A stretch of DNA of 64,000 nt from Xylographa opegraphella (Eukaryota), in contig JALDZX010000007.1 of NCBI GenBank assembly GCA_022813865.1, positions 496,001-560,000 on the forward strand, written 5' to 3'. Shown one piece after another: positions 37,889 to 52,444 of this stretch; position 1 is the stretch's first letter, and each line of letters opens with the position of its first letter. Made by a program: the position numbers and the translations under genes. The notes beneath the pieces were generated by a model. The model saw nothing but the letters and a program-made list of their open reading frames with translations. It made no database searches and had not been told where the DNA came from.

Positions 37889-40178
37889 ATGGAGTCCAGA
37901 AATGGTAGAACGTTCACCGCACAGCCGCTCAACGACTCTGACGAGGAACTCTTCACTGCGGCTCGTGCTCAAGCCACGCCGGTGTCAGTTCGACATACAT
38001 CGCGCCGGAAAGATTCGACAAGGAATCCACACCCAAGACCTCCACTTACTCCAAGCACCGGCGTACCTCCCTCCATGCCTCAGAATATTACAAACCCTCT
38101 CCTCCCTTCAGCGGCCCCAGCGTCTCCACCAACGCCCGCTCCGAGTCCAACCCCCCATCAGAGACCCGCTCACTGGGCTCATACCCCAGAACCCGTCGAG
38201 GACTCCATACTTCACGAGGCGAGGCTGATGTTCAGCCGGCTGAGCGTGGTTGAAAAAGAGGCGTGGCTCACAAATATAGTTGATAGCTGCGACAATCATC
38301 TTCTGAGTTACTTGCACCAGCTTGTCAGTCCAAGGTTGAAGAAGGACCCATTCCAGACGCTGCCAAATGAGCTTTGTTTCCGGGTATGTACCATTCAAAT
38401 AATACGTCACGATCACATTTGCTCACTACGATACAGGTACTTAATTTTGTAGACGATCCACGAACGTTCGTGCGAGCATCACGAGTGTCACGACGATGGC
38501 GGGAAATTCTAAGTGACGATCAAGCATGGAAGAACCTTTGCGAGAAGCATGCATACCGTAGGATGTCTAGTGACTCGAATGGCTCGAATACCAGTCCATT
38601 CTCAACCGCCAATCATATCTTTCTCGACCAGCTTCCGCCATCCACTTCTCCAATTCAGAGCGCCGAAGCATCATCATCATCATCATTCAGACCTATGTCC
38701 TCCCACAACCCATCTGGATCTATCTCAAAAGACACTTCTTTCCTCAAATCTTCGGAGTATGTGCGAATATTAAAACGTCCCAGACCCAAATCGACACACA
38801 GATCACATTTCAAGCATAAGTTTTTGGTCGAGTCAGCGTGGCGGAAAGGTGGACAGATGACAGCTCGGCATATTACTCCGGATCAAGGGGTTGTCACAAG
38901 TCTACACCTGACCAAAAAGTACATCGTGATTGCCTTGGACAATGCTAAGATTCACGTTTTCAACACCAAGGGTGACCATCAAAGGACACTTGCTGGTCAT
39001 GTTATGGGTGTGTGGGCGATGGTGCCATGTGGAGACCTTCTTGTCAGCGGAGGTTGTGATAGAGACGTGAGGGTATGGAACATGGCTACTGGGTATGTAT
39101 TGTATGGCAAATTATCGAAGTCTTCAACTGACATGTTACTAGAATGAGTGTGCATACGTTGCGCGGTCACACGTCAACTGTACGCTGTTTGAAGATGTCC
39201 GACGGGTCTACTGCCATATCTGGATCTCGGGACACCACTCTTCGAGTGTGGGACATCCCTTCTGGTACCTGCCGAGGTATACTCATGGGTCACCAAGCCA
39301 GCGTGCGCTGTCTCGAGATACATGGCGACTTGGTTGTCTCGGGAAGTTATGACACGACAGCCAAAATCTGGAGTATCTCTTCCGGGCAATGTCTACGAAC
39401 CCTTCAGGGTCATTTCAGTCAAATATACGCCATCGCGTTCGATGGAGTCAGGATAGCCACCGGGAGTCTGGATACGAGCGTCAGGATATGGAATCCAATA
39501 GATGGGTAGGTGTTCATACCCTCAGATCACGACTTGCAATGCCCGTTCACTTATTTGATACATGCAACGTTTAATGCTGATACACGCTCTAGATCCTGCC
39601 AAGCAATTCTGCAAGGTCATACGTCTCTTGTTGGCCAACTTCAAATGCGCGGAACAACTCTGGTAACTGGCGGCTCCGATGGCTCCGTACGCGTGTGGTC
39701 ACTCAAGTCCTATTCTCCCATCCATCGGCTTGCTGCACACGATAATAGCGTGACTTCCCTCCAATTCGACGACACACGAATCGTCAGTGGAGGCAGTGAT
39801 GGCCGGGTGAAGATCTGGGACCTGAAAACCGGACTACTCATTCGGGAGCTTAGTCAACCGGCCGAAGCGGTCTGGAGGGTGGCATTCGAGGAGGAGAGGA
39901 GCGTCGTTCTAGCCACTCGACAAGGAAGGACAGTTATGGAGGTGTGGGATTTTGCGCCTCCCGGCGAGGAGGAGGAAAACCAAAGCGAGCACATGGAGTT
40001 CCGTGGTGGCAGTGAGGGGCTGCTGGATCACATCATGATGGATGCCCAGAGCGGGGCAGCATCCAGGACGGTGGATTACCAGCATGCGTCGGTAGCTGGC
40101 AGAGTGGTGGAGGCTGATGGTGGGGTGAATGTCGACATGGCGGATGCATCGGGTGGAGGAGCAGGAGCCGGAGAATAG
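37889..40178 (+). CDS. F-box/WD40 repeat protein (Cdc4/Fbw7-SEL-10-like family)
   Basis: Dimerisation-like segment, then F-box LKKDPFQTLPNELCFRVLNF...ASRVSRRWR, then multiple WD40 repeats (GHVMGVWAM, GHTSTVRCL, GHQASVRCL, GHFSQIYAI, GHTSLVGQL, AHDNSVTSL). Three introns. Confidence 0.92.
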
Positions 40179-43100
40179 GAGCAGGAGGCGAGTATGAGGT
40201 TAGGGAGCTGAGGGATGATGCAGGCGAATCGGACGGCTTCCGGGTCCGCGATTGGTACATTCTACTGTCTTGATCGGTCGATGTCGAGACTGGGGCTTTA
40301 GGGATGATTTATTGTGCGTGGTGTCCTTTGTCGGCTTGGATGGTCTTGTCCGTTCACGATTGCCTCGTGAATTCTAACATCGGTTCCCCCAGGACTCGGA
40401 GGGGATGGTCACGGAAAGGGGTTGTGATCGGGAAAGGACGCAGTCCCACCGGGGTCATAATTCGTGTCAGGAGGAGTGTCATAGCGATAGATTTCCATCG
40501 ACTCAGTAAACGAACTACCATGCTACCTTTTTTTACCGCCGGGCTTGCACGTGAAGCGTCCCCCTTGACCCTTCTCTCGTGTCTAACTTACGAAGTTTTG
40601 TCCTGGCGGCTCCGCATGACGATTTGACTCCCTTGGCCCTATCCCATCATCCCTACGCGTGAGACCCACACGCCGTACCAGTACTACAGATATGCTTCGC
40701 ACCGTCCTGAACCCAACTCGCAATAAGAAGTCCCCAATCCCGGGCTCGACGCGATGCTTGTTACCGAGGGAGTGCATAGCGGAGAGTGCTCTGCTCTGCT
40801 CCGCACTAGGACCGGATGCGGGGCCCGGCGCTGGGGTATGCTGGGATGAGCTTGGCTTTGGGGAATTGGATGCACCTGGAGGTGCCGGGTGGGTAAAACC
40901 TTACAGATGGATGGGATTCGTGCCTTGGGAGGAAAGTGAGGATTGGCCGTTGGAGGCTCGGAGTGTTTGGGTGAATGGTTATCGGATGGGGATGGGCATC
41001 TCGAAGGCGGGCTCCTACGATGCATGCGTGCGGAAGTGGGCTTCATGGTCCGCCACGAGAATAGTGAGCACCCGGCGTTTGCACGAAGGCGTCAAGCGAA
41101 TTTTAAAGGTGCTTGGCTGGTGCTGGGGGTTTTCGGGGAGGCGAGCAGTCTTGCGCGTGGCTATTTTATTCACACATTCTGGATCTTTGCGGGTCGAATT
41201 TCTGCTGGAACGGGCCAGATATCGCAAGTGGAGCAAACCCTAAGATCACGTGATATACACACAGCTGGGTGTTTAATTCGCCGTCCCACGATCAAAGCAG
41301 AAAGATCCCACACTGAGGCTCATCCCGTATTCCGTTCGTCATTCCTGGGAATCCGCAGCCAACAACCTGGCGACGGGTGGTGGTGAGATTTCGTCATTTC
41401 CCAACAGGCTTTGGCTTTGTCGCAGTTATGGTGTGCGGCATCCCGGTATGTTTCACATCACACGTGGGTGGCATTGTACTAAGTTGGAGCTGACGAGGTT
41501 CCGAAACGGATCCTGGGATTCCCTCGTGCGAAAAGCTTCGGGAGACTTTTCAGCGTTGGCTCATAAACCATGAGATGCTTCAAAGAACGAGAACGCAATC
41601 ATCGTTCGTCGATTATTGTTATTGTGGCTTCCGTCTTGGGCGTTCGATCCGGCCTCCGACGCGCTTCCGCCTTGGAAGGGAGCTTCTCTCCCATTGGTCT
41701 TTCGTCCTCGCTGGTCGATCTCTCGTCGCTGCGCCAGGACGGGTCTAACCTTATTCCACACCTTATCTCAGAGCAAACGAAAAGCCGCCTGACGCAATCA
41801 TCTCTCCCGACTCGTCCGGCTCCGATGTTCACCAAATGCAGAAGGCGTGGCCGCCGTGGCTTGCGAGCCAGTGGCTCCAAATGGATCGGGTCTTCAGCCT
41901 CGTTCGTTTTCGTACTTTACGCATACGGGGCCGAGGTGTCGTGGAGAACGTGCGACTCCACTATGAGGCTGGCCTGCATGTGGACTATGCTCCGTGGCTT
42001 CGCCATTACTGGATGTGCGGACGCGATGGAGGTGGGCACAGGTCATGGGGTCGGGGGAGGGAAATACACAATCATTGGGGTGGGTGGCCAGTGGAAGTCT
42101 TTCAAGGATCATGACTTATCTCTCTGTGCCTCAATGGCACATCCATTTGCTACACTCATGTTTGGGTGTGGATCGAAAGTGAGAGCCATGTGGCAGTCGG
42201 TTGCCACGCTCCGTCCCTGCCGTCTCGCTCCTCGAAGCAGCACCACCGCTCGTCGCAACGCTCATGCTACCTACGTCCCCCGACCCGATCCAGGCAATAA
42301 CCCGCAGGTGTGTGCCATGCAATATCATTCGTAGCTTGAAGAATTTGCCCACAGTGCGAAAAGCTTGGCCGGCTCTTTTGGGCTCGTGCCGTACCGTCCG
42401 CTGGATGAGAAACGGGTAGATGCTGCAGATTCAGTGCGACACGGGAGAAGCAACATCATTGATTGCTCGTGGTGGCCACTGCAACAAGTATTCGTGCATC
42501 CCACCTGTGGAAGCAAGACAGAATGCATCGACCGGAATACGACGAATGAATGGCACCCTCCTTCGGGGTAGATGCCGCACTTGGCTGTCTCGACAGGATG
42601 GCCTGCACCTTGTCGCTGCAGCAGCCTAACTTCCTTACTAAACGGCACGGGCAACGACTGACCGATGCAGCTTTGACAGTGCACACCCCCCATCACCGGA
42701 AGAAAACGCCAATGACGAAGGGCCAACGCGGCTGGGGGAAGTGGCCCTCGAACCATGCGAAACGCCTTTCGCTGTGTGCTCGGCACTTGCAATACGCAAT
42801 AATGGGCAATGTTTCACCATTGACGGTATTTTGACACCGAGTAAGGTGCGGCCCTTGGCAGGAAGGGGGACGGCTCTGTAGCCCATTCTACTCCCTACAC
42901 AAAACACCAAGAAGAACAAGCTCAGCAAGCCTTGCCACGGACGCTATCTGCTCAAACGCCGACCCGTACTGGGCTCTATTTAGTAAGTTATACGGGGACT
43001 CTTCGCAACCGAGAAACTCTTTCCCCCAGCCTAAGACGTTCGCATCTGATAAGAAGATTTCGGTCTGATGGCGTCCAGAGGCTCGGATCCAAGCGTAAGG

Positions 43101-45084
43101 AAAGTCCCTTTAGATATTCCGTGTGGTGAGTGTCGAGAAATGGTTCGCGGACGTGCTGGTGCTCGGATCTATGGTCTTGGCCATAGTACTTTTATTACCC
43201 GACCAGAACAGCCACTGGCGCGTCTTCATCTCCCCGTCGTTTTGCGTCTCGTTATTGGAACTCATCAGTGGCATTATTGTCGGTGTCATGCAGCACGAGA
43301 AGCAAGGCAAAGAGGCAATCTTCCCGTTCTTATACTCGCACATTATTGCCCCATCAACCACACGCAGACCGCGTTCGAAGCACACCTCCTGCCACGCCTT
43401 TTCCCCCAGGATGTTCCGCCATTCATTTTAGCCCATGCGGTTCAGGCTCGTGGCGGAGCCCCTAGCGGTTTAGCCTCTCCCCCCAATGGCCGGTTCGAGT
43501 GACGGTTAACCGGTAGGACGGCCACCAGGATCTGGAGGGGGAACGGTCGTGGGATGATCGATCGCTATGATGCGACGGAGAGTGAAAGTCTGTGCTACGG
43601 AAGGTCGTTGTGTGGTGGCGCTCAGCCGGTCAGCTGGTCAGCTTGTCTGCCTGGTGCCTCGTACCACTGTGGCCATTGTCTGAGTGAGATGACCATCAAC
43701 TCTCAGTAATGTTAGCCAGTTCCCGTTTCTCCTTCTCCCTCTGAGCCCGTTGTGGGCCCAGTAATTACGTGAAGTAACGGTAACGGTCTTTTCGGTGTCC
43801 TCCCCCCCCTTCCGCCCCCCCCGATCCACAGGGCCCCTGGTTGACAGCCCCCATGTTCGGAGCCAATAGAGCATGCTGTCCCGCCCAGACCCCCTGGAAC
43901 GGACAACCCTTCGCCAGCCAAGCGATATCAGTTCCAGCGACGGGTCCCTGTACGGGCTGCCTAGCGCTCGCCCTCTGGCTGCCACCCTGCCCCCTGGACG
44001 CCTGGACGCCTGGACATTGCCTGCATGGGCCCCGGAGGCCCGTAGCGTCATGTACTGCCTGCGCTTCCCGCAGGCGACCATCCGCGCTAGGGGCCCAAGT
44101 GCTTCAGCGCCCCCCCAAGCGGGTGAGTGCCAGTATGATGGAGAAGGCTTTTTGTGTGCTTCTTCCTACATAGATAGACCGCTTTAGTCCCTCGCAACAG
44201 TGGAAGCTGAGACAGTAACCTATTCAGCATTCAACCAGAAGTCCCACCACCGACGACACCCTCCCCCCTTCCCCCCCCCCGATCTGCTCCTGGCTCTCGC
44301 CCTCGCTGCCATTGGTCGAGCCAGTTACGCAAGTCGGCCATGCTTACAAGTCCTTCTGCACCCAGGTCTTTAGTGTAGCCACCTTTCACGCTCCAGGCAC
44401 ACGGTAGTCAGCTTCCGGCCTGCTTGAACTCTCTCCGTGCTGGAGCAGACTAAGCTACGAGAGCAGTCAGTCCCCTTGGCCTCTCCGCCGTCCATGTCGG
44501 ACAGCTTCTCTCCTTCACCTCAACGTCCCCATAGCAGTCAAAGGCACATCACCGACGCCGACCATCAGCGAATCGTCAACCTCCACGACCTGGGCTTACT
44601 GCCCAAACGGGTGTTGGCTGACGCACCTGTGAATAGCTCCAGCAGTACGTCAGGCAGATTTCTTACCCACCATCCGCTCCACATTCACCACTCAGACTCG
44701 ACTCGTGACTGCGCATGACAAACACCTGCAAATCTTTCGATGGGCTTCTTCGCGTCTCTACTTCATCTTGCTACCGCACCCCAGTGATTCAGACGAGACT
44801 GACTGGTCGTGTCCCGTTGTCTAGATCGCCCCCAAAGTACCTTCACGCCGGGTAATACCCGTCCAGGCGTTGAAACCCAGAAATCGAACCACTCTCTCCC
44901 GAGACCGGCTTTCAGCCGTCAGATCTCCAATATCTCGAACTTTTCAGCTTCCCGCCGGTCCTCGTCGAAAAAGGCCACAGGTTATCATCCTTTCGCAGGC
45001 CGCAGCGCCTCGACCCAGCCTTGGCAGCCGCCGCCTCACAGTAACGGGGTAGCCACGTCGTTCAATTGGCGATCCGGCCGTCCG

Positions 45085-48000
45085 ATGGCGGGCATGCTGG
45101 ATTTGGAGCGGTCGCGGACCCGTCGGGAAAGGACGTTCATCGGGAGCGAGTGCGCCGTGTGCGAGGAGCCTCTGGAGCATACCTTGCGAGGCGAGCGCAT
45201 CCTGCAGTTCTCGTGCGGTCACGTCTCACACGAGGCCTGCTTCTATGAATACATCAAGGAGTTTGAGTCGCAGTACTGTCCCACATGTAACGCCCCGTTG
45301 GGTCTGGACACCAGCCGAGGCGGGAATGTGCTCGATCTTGGTACGCTGTGTTCACTCCAGCGCTGCTCTTTTGCTCTCCACTAACGTCTCGACAGAAAAG
45401 CTAAGCAGTATTGTGCGATCCGTCTCCCTGAACAACGAAGCTCGAGAACAGCAGCAACGTAGCGCACAAAACACGCCCACGCCCTGGGATGGTCAGACCG
45501 TCCGGGACCGTCCGAGAAGCAGGGAATCGAACAGTCGGACACCTCAGCGTGATAGCCGAGAGTCTCAGTCACATCGAGATAGCAAGGAAAGCCAGAGGGA
45601 ACGAATCGAGAGATATGGTTCGGGGTTCTCATCCGCTCGCCAACAGCATGCTCGAAATGGCAGCTCGGGCACAGCCCCAACTTCGTCGCAGGGTGATTAT
45701 GGTGCGTCGGGTGACTCGCAGGGCGGTCGGCGCCACGACTACGATGTGCAGTCCATGGAAACCGACTTGAGTAGCCCGAGAGCCAGCATGGCACGGAATC
45801 CGATACCACCACCCTTAGTCACAGTCCGAAGCGAGTATCCTACTTTATCCCGGTCGCGACAATCTCAGACGCTGACCTGCTTGATCACGATCGAGGTTCC
45901 GGAAGGGAAATGGAGCCCTGACCCCGGAGATTTGCGAGGCGCACCTCCGTTGCCTCAGTTGCCACAAGAGAAAGAAGTTGTGCGATCCCGCTCTCCCAGC
46001 AACGACCGGCAACGTGATTGGGTCATCGAGTCACCGGAAACCTTGGAGCAAATCACGGAAGACCTTCGTGTGCGTGTGGACAACTGGCATGGCCTGGACT
46101 TCTCTAGGTATGTCCTTTCGGCATGTGCATCTCGATGCTGTACTGATGTATGTAGGTTTGGCAAACTGCGATTACACGGCACAATCCGTGTCGGCCGAGA
46201 CCGCCAGTCCTGGCAAGAATTGGAGTGCTTTCTCTTTGCCGAGATGCTTATATGCATCAAGGAGAAAAAGGGCGCTGTACCTCAGTATGCCGACGGCAAC
46301 TCTAAACGCAAGCTTACGAGATGCACCTTGAAAGGTTCGATATTGATCAAGAAGCACCTCCGGCAGGTCGAATCGAATCCCAGTAAGTCGCAATCAGAGT
46401 TGTGGCCACAGCAAGTTTTTCGCTAACAAGAGACTCTTGCAGGTGAACCTGTGCTTACCTTGAGCTTGGCCGTACAAGAGCTACCGCAATTTCACCTGCA
46501 GTTTCAAAGTCGAAGCCAGCTTGACCAGTGGAAGAGAGCACTCCTTGACCTGAATGCACCTGAGCCTCCCATCCGAAACAATGACTACGAACCTGAGCAT
46601 TCGGGCACCGATGAGGACGACTACCGGACCACGAAAACAAAACGAGTGTCTTCTGGCAACTCGTCGTTTGGTGCTGGGAGGTCGAACAATACTGCGCCAA
46701 CAGATTATACCAGCTCGGCCAGAGGACTGCCAGACCAGCGCCTGCCGGCTTCTATCCACGTACCCGTCGACTTGGTCGTGGTCATCCCGGTCTCTTCATC
46801 CATGCAAGGTCTCAAGATCACCTTATTGCGGGATGCACTGAGGTTTCTTGTGCAGAACCTCGGCGAGCGCGATAGGATGGGATTGGTCACATTCGGGTCG
46901 AGCGGAGGTGGAGTGCCACTCGTGGGTATGACAACCAAGACCTGGACTGGGTGGACAAAGGTTTTGAATTCTATTCGACCGGTTGGTCCAAAAAGCCTCC
47001 GAGCAGATGTCGTCGAGGGCGCCAACGTCGCCATGGACCTTCTCATGCAGCGAAAGTCCAACAATCCAATTGCCTCGATACTCCTGATCAGCGATTCGTC
47101 CACTTCCGACGGCGAAAGCGTCGATTTCGTGGTGTCCCGCGCGGAAGCTGCAAAGTTTGTGTCCCTTGCGCTCCAATTACATACTTTCTATCGACCTGCT
47201 GGCAACTGCTAACGAGTGCTTCCTAGGATTGCGATTCATTCTTTCGGTCTGGGCTTGACGCATAAGCCCGATACCATGATTGAGCTGTCCACTCGGACGA
47301 AGGCTTCCTACACTTACGTCAAGGATTGGATGATGCTCCGTGAGTGTGTTGCAGGATGCTTGGGATCAATACAAACGACATCGCATCAGAACGCCAAACT
47401 GAAACTACGCCTGCCCGAAGGGTCTCCTGCCAAATTTGCGAAGATTTCTGGTGCCTTGCAGATTACCAAGCGCACCGCTGGGAGGGATGCAGAGGCTGCA
47501 TTAGGTGATCTCAGATTCGGTGACAAGCGAGGTAAGGTTTTGCAACTACTGCACGCCATCACATTTCTGACATGTTGGCTGCAGACATCCTGGTGCAACT
47601 GGTGATATCTCCAGATAATTCGTCCGAAGAGCATCTTCCGCAAGATCACTGGGAGACCATTGTATCTGGTCTCGAAGCTCTTGGTGGTCCGCTCGACGCG
47701 GACGAGCACCGTGTGCTGAGTGTTGAGGAAGTCCCGCTTATCCAAGCCGACCTCACATATGGTGATATCCTTCGAGACGGTACTCTGACGCATCTACCCC
47801 GGCCTTCCCTCCTCGCCATTACCATGCTCCCGGCCGCACCCAAATCTAATAGACCACCACGACCGATGACTCCACCTATTCCACCGCACCCGTCCATTGT
47901 CCAACGGCGCATGGAACTTCTGACCTCCGACATGCTTACTCGCGCCTTGACTCTGGTTTCCCGAGGACAGCATGAACGTGCTCATACTCTCCTCCTCGAG

Positions 48001-48492
48001 ACACGATCGATCCTGAAAGGACTTGCGAAAGGCGGCTTGCCACCTATTCCAGCCAGGTCTCCCAAGCAGCCTGTCAACGCCGGCCCAGCTACCCCTTCGC
48101 TGCAAGCCAATAATCCCAATCCTGTAGGGAAAGACGATGCCTCCTCTCCACGTTCCGCCAATGGCTCACCGGAACGCCATCCCTCGCCGCCTCATTCCGA
48201 TTCTTCTACCTTCACGGCTGCGGCTGGTATTGACGCTGCCGCTCTTTCGGCTTTGGATACCGAGCTCGAATCGAGTCTCGAGTGGATTGGGCATCCTGCT
48301 GTCTTTGGACGAGATAGTCGGAAGGCGGTGCTTCAGGCGATCGGCGTGATCAGCAGCCAAAGAGGATACACCTTCAGGACGCCAATCGAGAGCTTGTGGG
48401 CCGCACGGGTAGGCGGTGTGAAGAGGTTGACTGGGCGAAGTAGAGAGTGGAGAGAAATCGGGGAAGGTGAGGCGCTGATGGAAGAGTCCTGA
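45085..48492 (+). CDS. RING-PH-vWA protein (Far1/Ste5-like architecture); true start may lie further upstream
   Basis: RING CAVCEEPL...CGHVSHEAC...CPTC, PH-like FGKLRLHGTIRVG...ECFLFAEMLICIKEK, vWA VDLVVVIPVSSSMQGLKITLLRDAL...DRMGLVTF...ILLISD...IHSFGLG. Five introns. The frame is open upstream to about 44800. Confidence 0.85.
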
Positions 48493-50169
48493 TACCCTGC
48501 CACGATCGATCACGACTCAACATCTCCTCGAACTTTGAGTGATGAGCATGATGTCTCTTGTGGCTCCATGGCCTCGTCATGGGTGAAATGGGATACATGC
48601 GGTTTTCTTCGATGATTGCAACGCCACCTCCCGCCGTACATACCGCCACGCAGATCCTTCACCTTCAAGCGGTCCGCAGCATCCGGACCCCCTCGTTCAT
48701 GCTATCGAAATTATGTACGATCTGCACGATACCCCACAAGTCAGATTCTCATCTAAAACATGATTTTTTTTTCCAATCTACCACACCGGTTGTCTTGTTC
48801 CTTTCGATGTATTTCAATTCCACAGCATACTTTATTGTCCGCGTACGCAGAGACGTGAACGCCCAACGCGGTATTGGATGGTGCCCCTGACACCGGGGGG
48901 GAGGATAAACAGACACACACACATACATAGCGGCCACGCCGGCGCATGCGTTCGTTCGATGGGAGGAATCTTTTGGCTTGAGTGTTTGGGATACCATTTT
49001 GCTTTCATCTCGTTTTCACTGTTTATGGGTTGTATGCGATCGCGTGGGTTGTATGGCTGTTTTGGGGGGGGGTTGGCATGAAGGTGGTGGAAGGGAGGTC
49101 TTTATTTTGGTTATCCGCGATGCGGGTGTGTGTTGGATCTGTTGGATAGATAGATAGCTGGCTGCCTCCTCCGTGTGGGAAGGGGGGGGCTTGATGGATG
49201 TATATGCTCGTTCTGACTACTGGTTGCTCTTTTTGGCTCGTTTTCCTTCGTTCGTGACTCTGTTTGCGTTGAGTGCCTATGCTATTGTGCGCTGCCGCGG
49301 GGGGGGGGGTGGTGGGTGGGGCATGGGGTGTGGTTTTCTTTCTCGTGGGAGATGTGGTCTTTTCTCTACGTGAGATCTGAGATGAGATACGTACCCACAC
49401 TCCGAATTCCGTACCCCAGTCACCCTCCCTCCCCCTTCCGTCCACTCCACAGCTCACTTCCCATCCGCGGCGGAGTAGAGTGCAAGACTGGAGCTCTCTC
49501 TCCATGTCCCCGCATCGGATCGAATCGGCTTCGCTATCCTGGTCACAGGCTTGGCTCTGGGGTACGTTCAACTACAGGGGGGGGAAGGGGGCGGATGGTC
49601 GGAGATCGGTATTGGGGAACGAGAGTACGGTATGTGGGGGCGCGTGTTCAGCGCCACGGGCGGTGCTGGGCATGGGTACTGGTGGTGGTGCACGGATATT
49701 GCATGGCGAGGAGACAGGGACGGCTGAGGCAAAGGAAGGTAAATCAGCGCTGGGAAGTTGCGAGGAAGTCCAAAAGTGCGTTGGAAGCAGAGAGAGACTA
49801 CCTTATTCCATTCAAGCTCAAGTCCCCAGAGATGTGAACACCCAGATCGCGGAAGAGCTTCCATGTTTTGCAGACACATGTTTAGATGTGCGTACCCAGA
49901 TGTGGAAGCCCGTCACCGTGGGCCCCTGGCCTCGAATGATATCTTACACGCTCGACCCACTCGACTGGTCTCGGAGATAGAGGAGCACAGGTCCTAATAC
50001 TACATGCAGAGCTCACACGCTCAAAATGCCGAATCGCGACGAGTGAACGCCCAAGCCCGCAGCCTAGAGACATTGCCGTGCCAGGCATGCATGGAACACA
50101 GTGCATTTCCCCGCCTCCTCGCAGCTGGCAGGTCCTTTTTCGCCGTCCTCGCCCATCGTACCCCAGCGC

Positions 50170-52407
50170 TCAAACCATAGCCACGGCCCTTGGCCTCGTT
50201 CCTCGCCTAGCGCCCCTGCTCTGCTCCTCGGGTTCGGGTTCACTCGCGCCCTCCACGATCGACTCTCCTCCAACTCCTACCTCGCTGACGCACCCTTTAC
50301 CTCTTCGTTTCACTCGCCGCTCCTCCTCGGGCCCAACGAACCGATGAACCGTCCGATGGTCCATGACTCTCCCCACCCGTTCGCCCTTGAGGCTCTCCGT
50401 CTTCGGCCACCGGTAGCCGTAGAGCTTGCTGTGCCGCTCGCAACGTGGACATTCCTTGCGGGTGTAGTACCCATTCGGTTGTACCCACGTGGAGCCGCAA
50501 GTGTTGCAGTCGACCCAGCGGGAGAAAGGTTCCGAGAGCAGGAGCGGCGTTCGGGTGTAGTCGCCAGGATGGCGGGATTTGGGGGTTTCGAGAGTTGCAG
50601 GTGCCTCTGGAGCGGTTTTGCGAGTGCGTGTGAATAAACCAGATTTTGATTTGAGGTTGGCTGTGGCAATCGTTTTAGAAATCGCCTTGCGGACTATCGT
50701 CATACTGGAGTCGTCGAAAACTTCGGAGGGAGAAAGCTCGGACAGTTCGGACAGCTCTGTGTCTGAAAAGTTGAAGGTTTCGAAATTTTCTGCATTGCGA
50801 GATTGAGCTGGTGGTGCAACTTCCACAGTATTTGGATCGTTGAATACCAGAACAATAGGTCCCATGGTTTTCGTCTCTATATTCTCTAGAAGCGGGGTGC
50901 TAGACTCTTCATGGTTTCGACTTGGCGTACTGGCCGGGCTGGAAGTACCTCTTTGTTCTCGATCGAAAATAGATTCGGCATCGCTAGAGGCATGAGAGTT
51001 CGGGAGATCATTCTGCTTTAAACTCGTAGGTGTTCTAAGTAATTTAGTAGCCTTTGCGGACGCATCTGTGTGCTCCACTTTCGAAGGTGGCAAAGGCGAG
51101 ACGGATCTTTTCCAGTCAGCCGAGAAAATCTTGTTCACTCGATCCAGGATCGATTTTCGGGCTTTAGTCTTCGGGCGTCTTATGGAACTCGACGCAACCT
51201 TTCCTTGAACTGCAATGGGATCGTGGCATAGCTCATCTTCGGATAATTCAGCGGCCCCTCCATCACTGGTAGGAACCTGCATTTTTGATGACAAGCCGGA
51301 GCCATGTGCATTGCTGATGTCATCTCGAGCCTCCACGGAGCTCTCAGTCGCTTTACTTTCAGCTGAAGACGAGCGTACCGGTGTAGATTTTCTCCGCTTC
51401 GCCGGTGTAGGTAGTTCGATGTCAATCTCCGCAGAGTCCAGAACACTCTCTGCACAGAAGTTATACTTTCTTTTGTTTCTGAATGAGTACGGTCTTGTAC
51501 TCTCTTCGACTTCCAGGGCCGCAGGGGTAGACATCCCACTCGTGGTTTTGCTGACATCTTGATCTACCCAGCCATTCCGTTCTTCCAACTCACATGTCCT
51601 GCACAGACATTCGGAGTTTCCAGCACCAAAGTAGTCGTCCCCATAAGTAACTGTGATCTCTTCCTTCACATCGATATTCCTGACTGCGACCACTTCCATA
51701 CCGTCGGATCCCCTTGTGACAAGCCGAGCGTTGGCATTGCAGTCATGGTTCGCGAAACGCGCAGGACCGAGGAAGAGGGAAGGAGTCTTCTTACGACTCG
51801 ACATGACTATGCTGAAGTCCCGTCGCGTCAAGTCTAAATCCTTTTCCTCTTCGGCAGTCATGGCCACCAGGTTTCCGCATAGATATTTGATGGTCTCGCC
51901 TTTCTTGATGAATCGACGTGCTGTAGCCGCTGCTTCTTGTGTCACTATAGTATACCTGTTCGTTGTAGCTACTTCAAATGGACAATCAGGCAGCCAGATG
52001 TTGACATATTTCCTCATGTGACGCCTAAAGTCTTCCTTCTCTCTGTTTGTCTTCAGTCTCTCAATGAACTTCCGCAGCCCTGATAGCTTGAGTAAGTGGT
52101 CCTCTGCTTGTTGGACGTTCTTGCGAACCACGACTTGGTGAAGGAGGATGTTTGTGATATCATCTTCCGATATTCCTCGGGTCAGATTGTATTTTGCCCT
52201 GTTTTTACGGATAGTGGTCCAGAAATAGACCTAGCATAAATGTCAGGACTCTGTAAGCAGCAGCAAGAGCAAGTCCATGAGTGTAGACAAAGGGTTAACG
52301 TTGTCACTGACATGATCAACCAACGCGTCGGTCAAAATATCGTCGTAGCTTGCCAATTGGGTAAGCGTAAGGCGTTCCCTTCGTACAGCGACATCCTTGA
52401 GGGACAT
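50170..52407 (-). CDS. set9: Histone H4K20 methyltransferase Set9
   Basis: LTLTQLASYDDILTDALVDH, intron, VYFWTTIRK; SET motifs DFSIVMSSRKK, LFLGPARFANHDCNAN, EEITVTYGDDYFG and post-SET ECLCRTCE. Confidence 0.95.
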
Positions 52408-52444
52408 CGTGGATAACTCGAACTCAAGAAACGGGCGTACGCAT

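Noticed and set aside
40659..43502. ORFs of 140-254 aa upstream of the RING-vWA gene
   Set aside because: Mostly non-ATG starts, atypical composition, no domain; treated as non-coding.
49023..49980. ORFs and G-runs between the RING-vWA gene and set9
   Set aside because: Low-complexity G/T-rich region between convergent genes; no coding signal.
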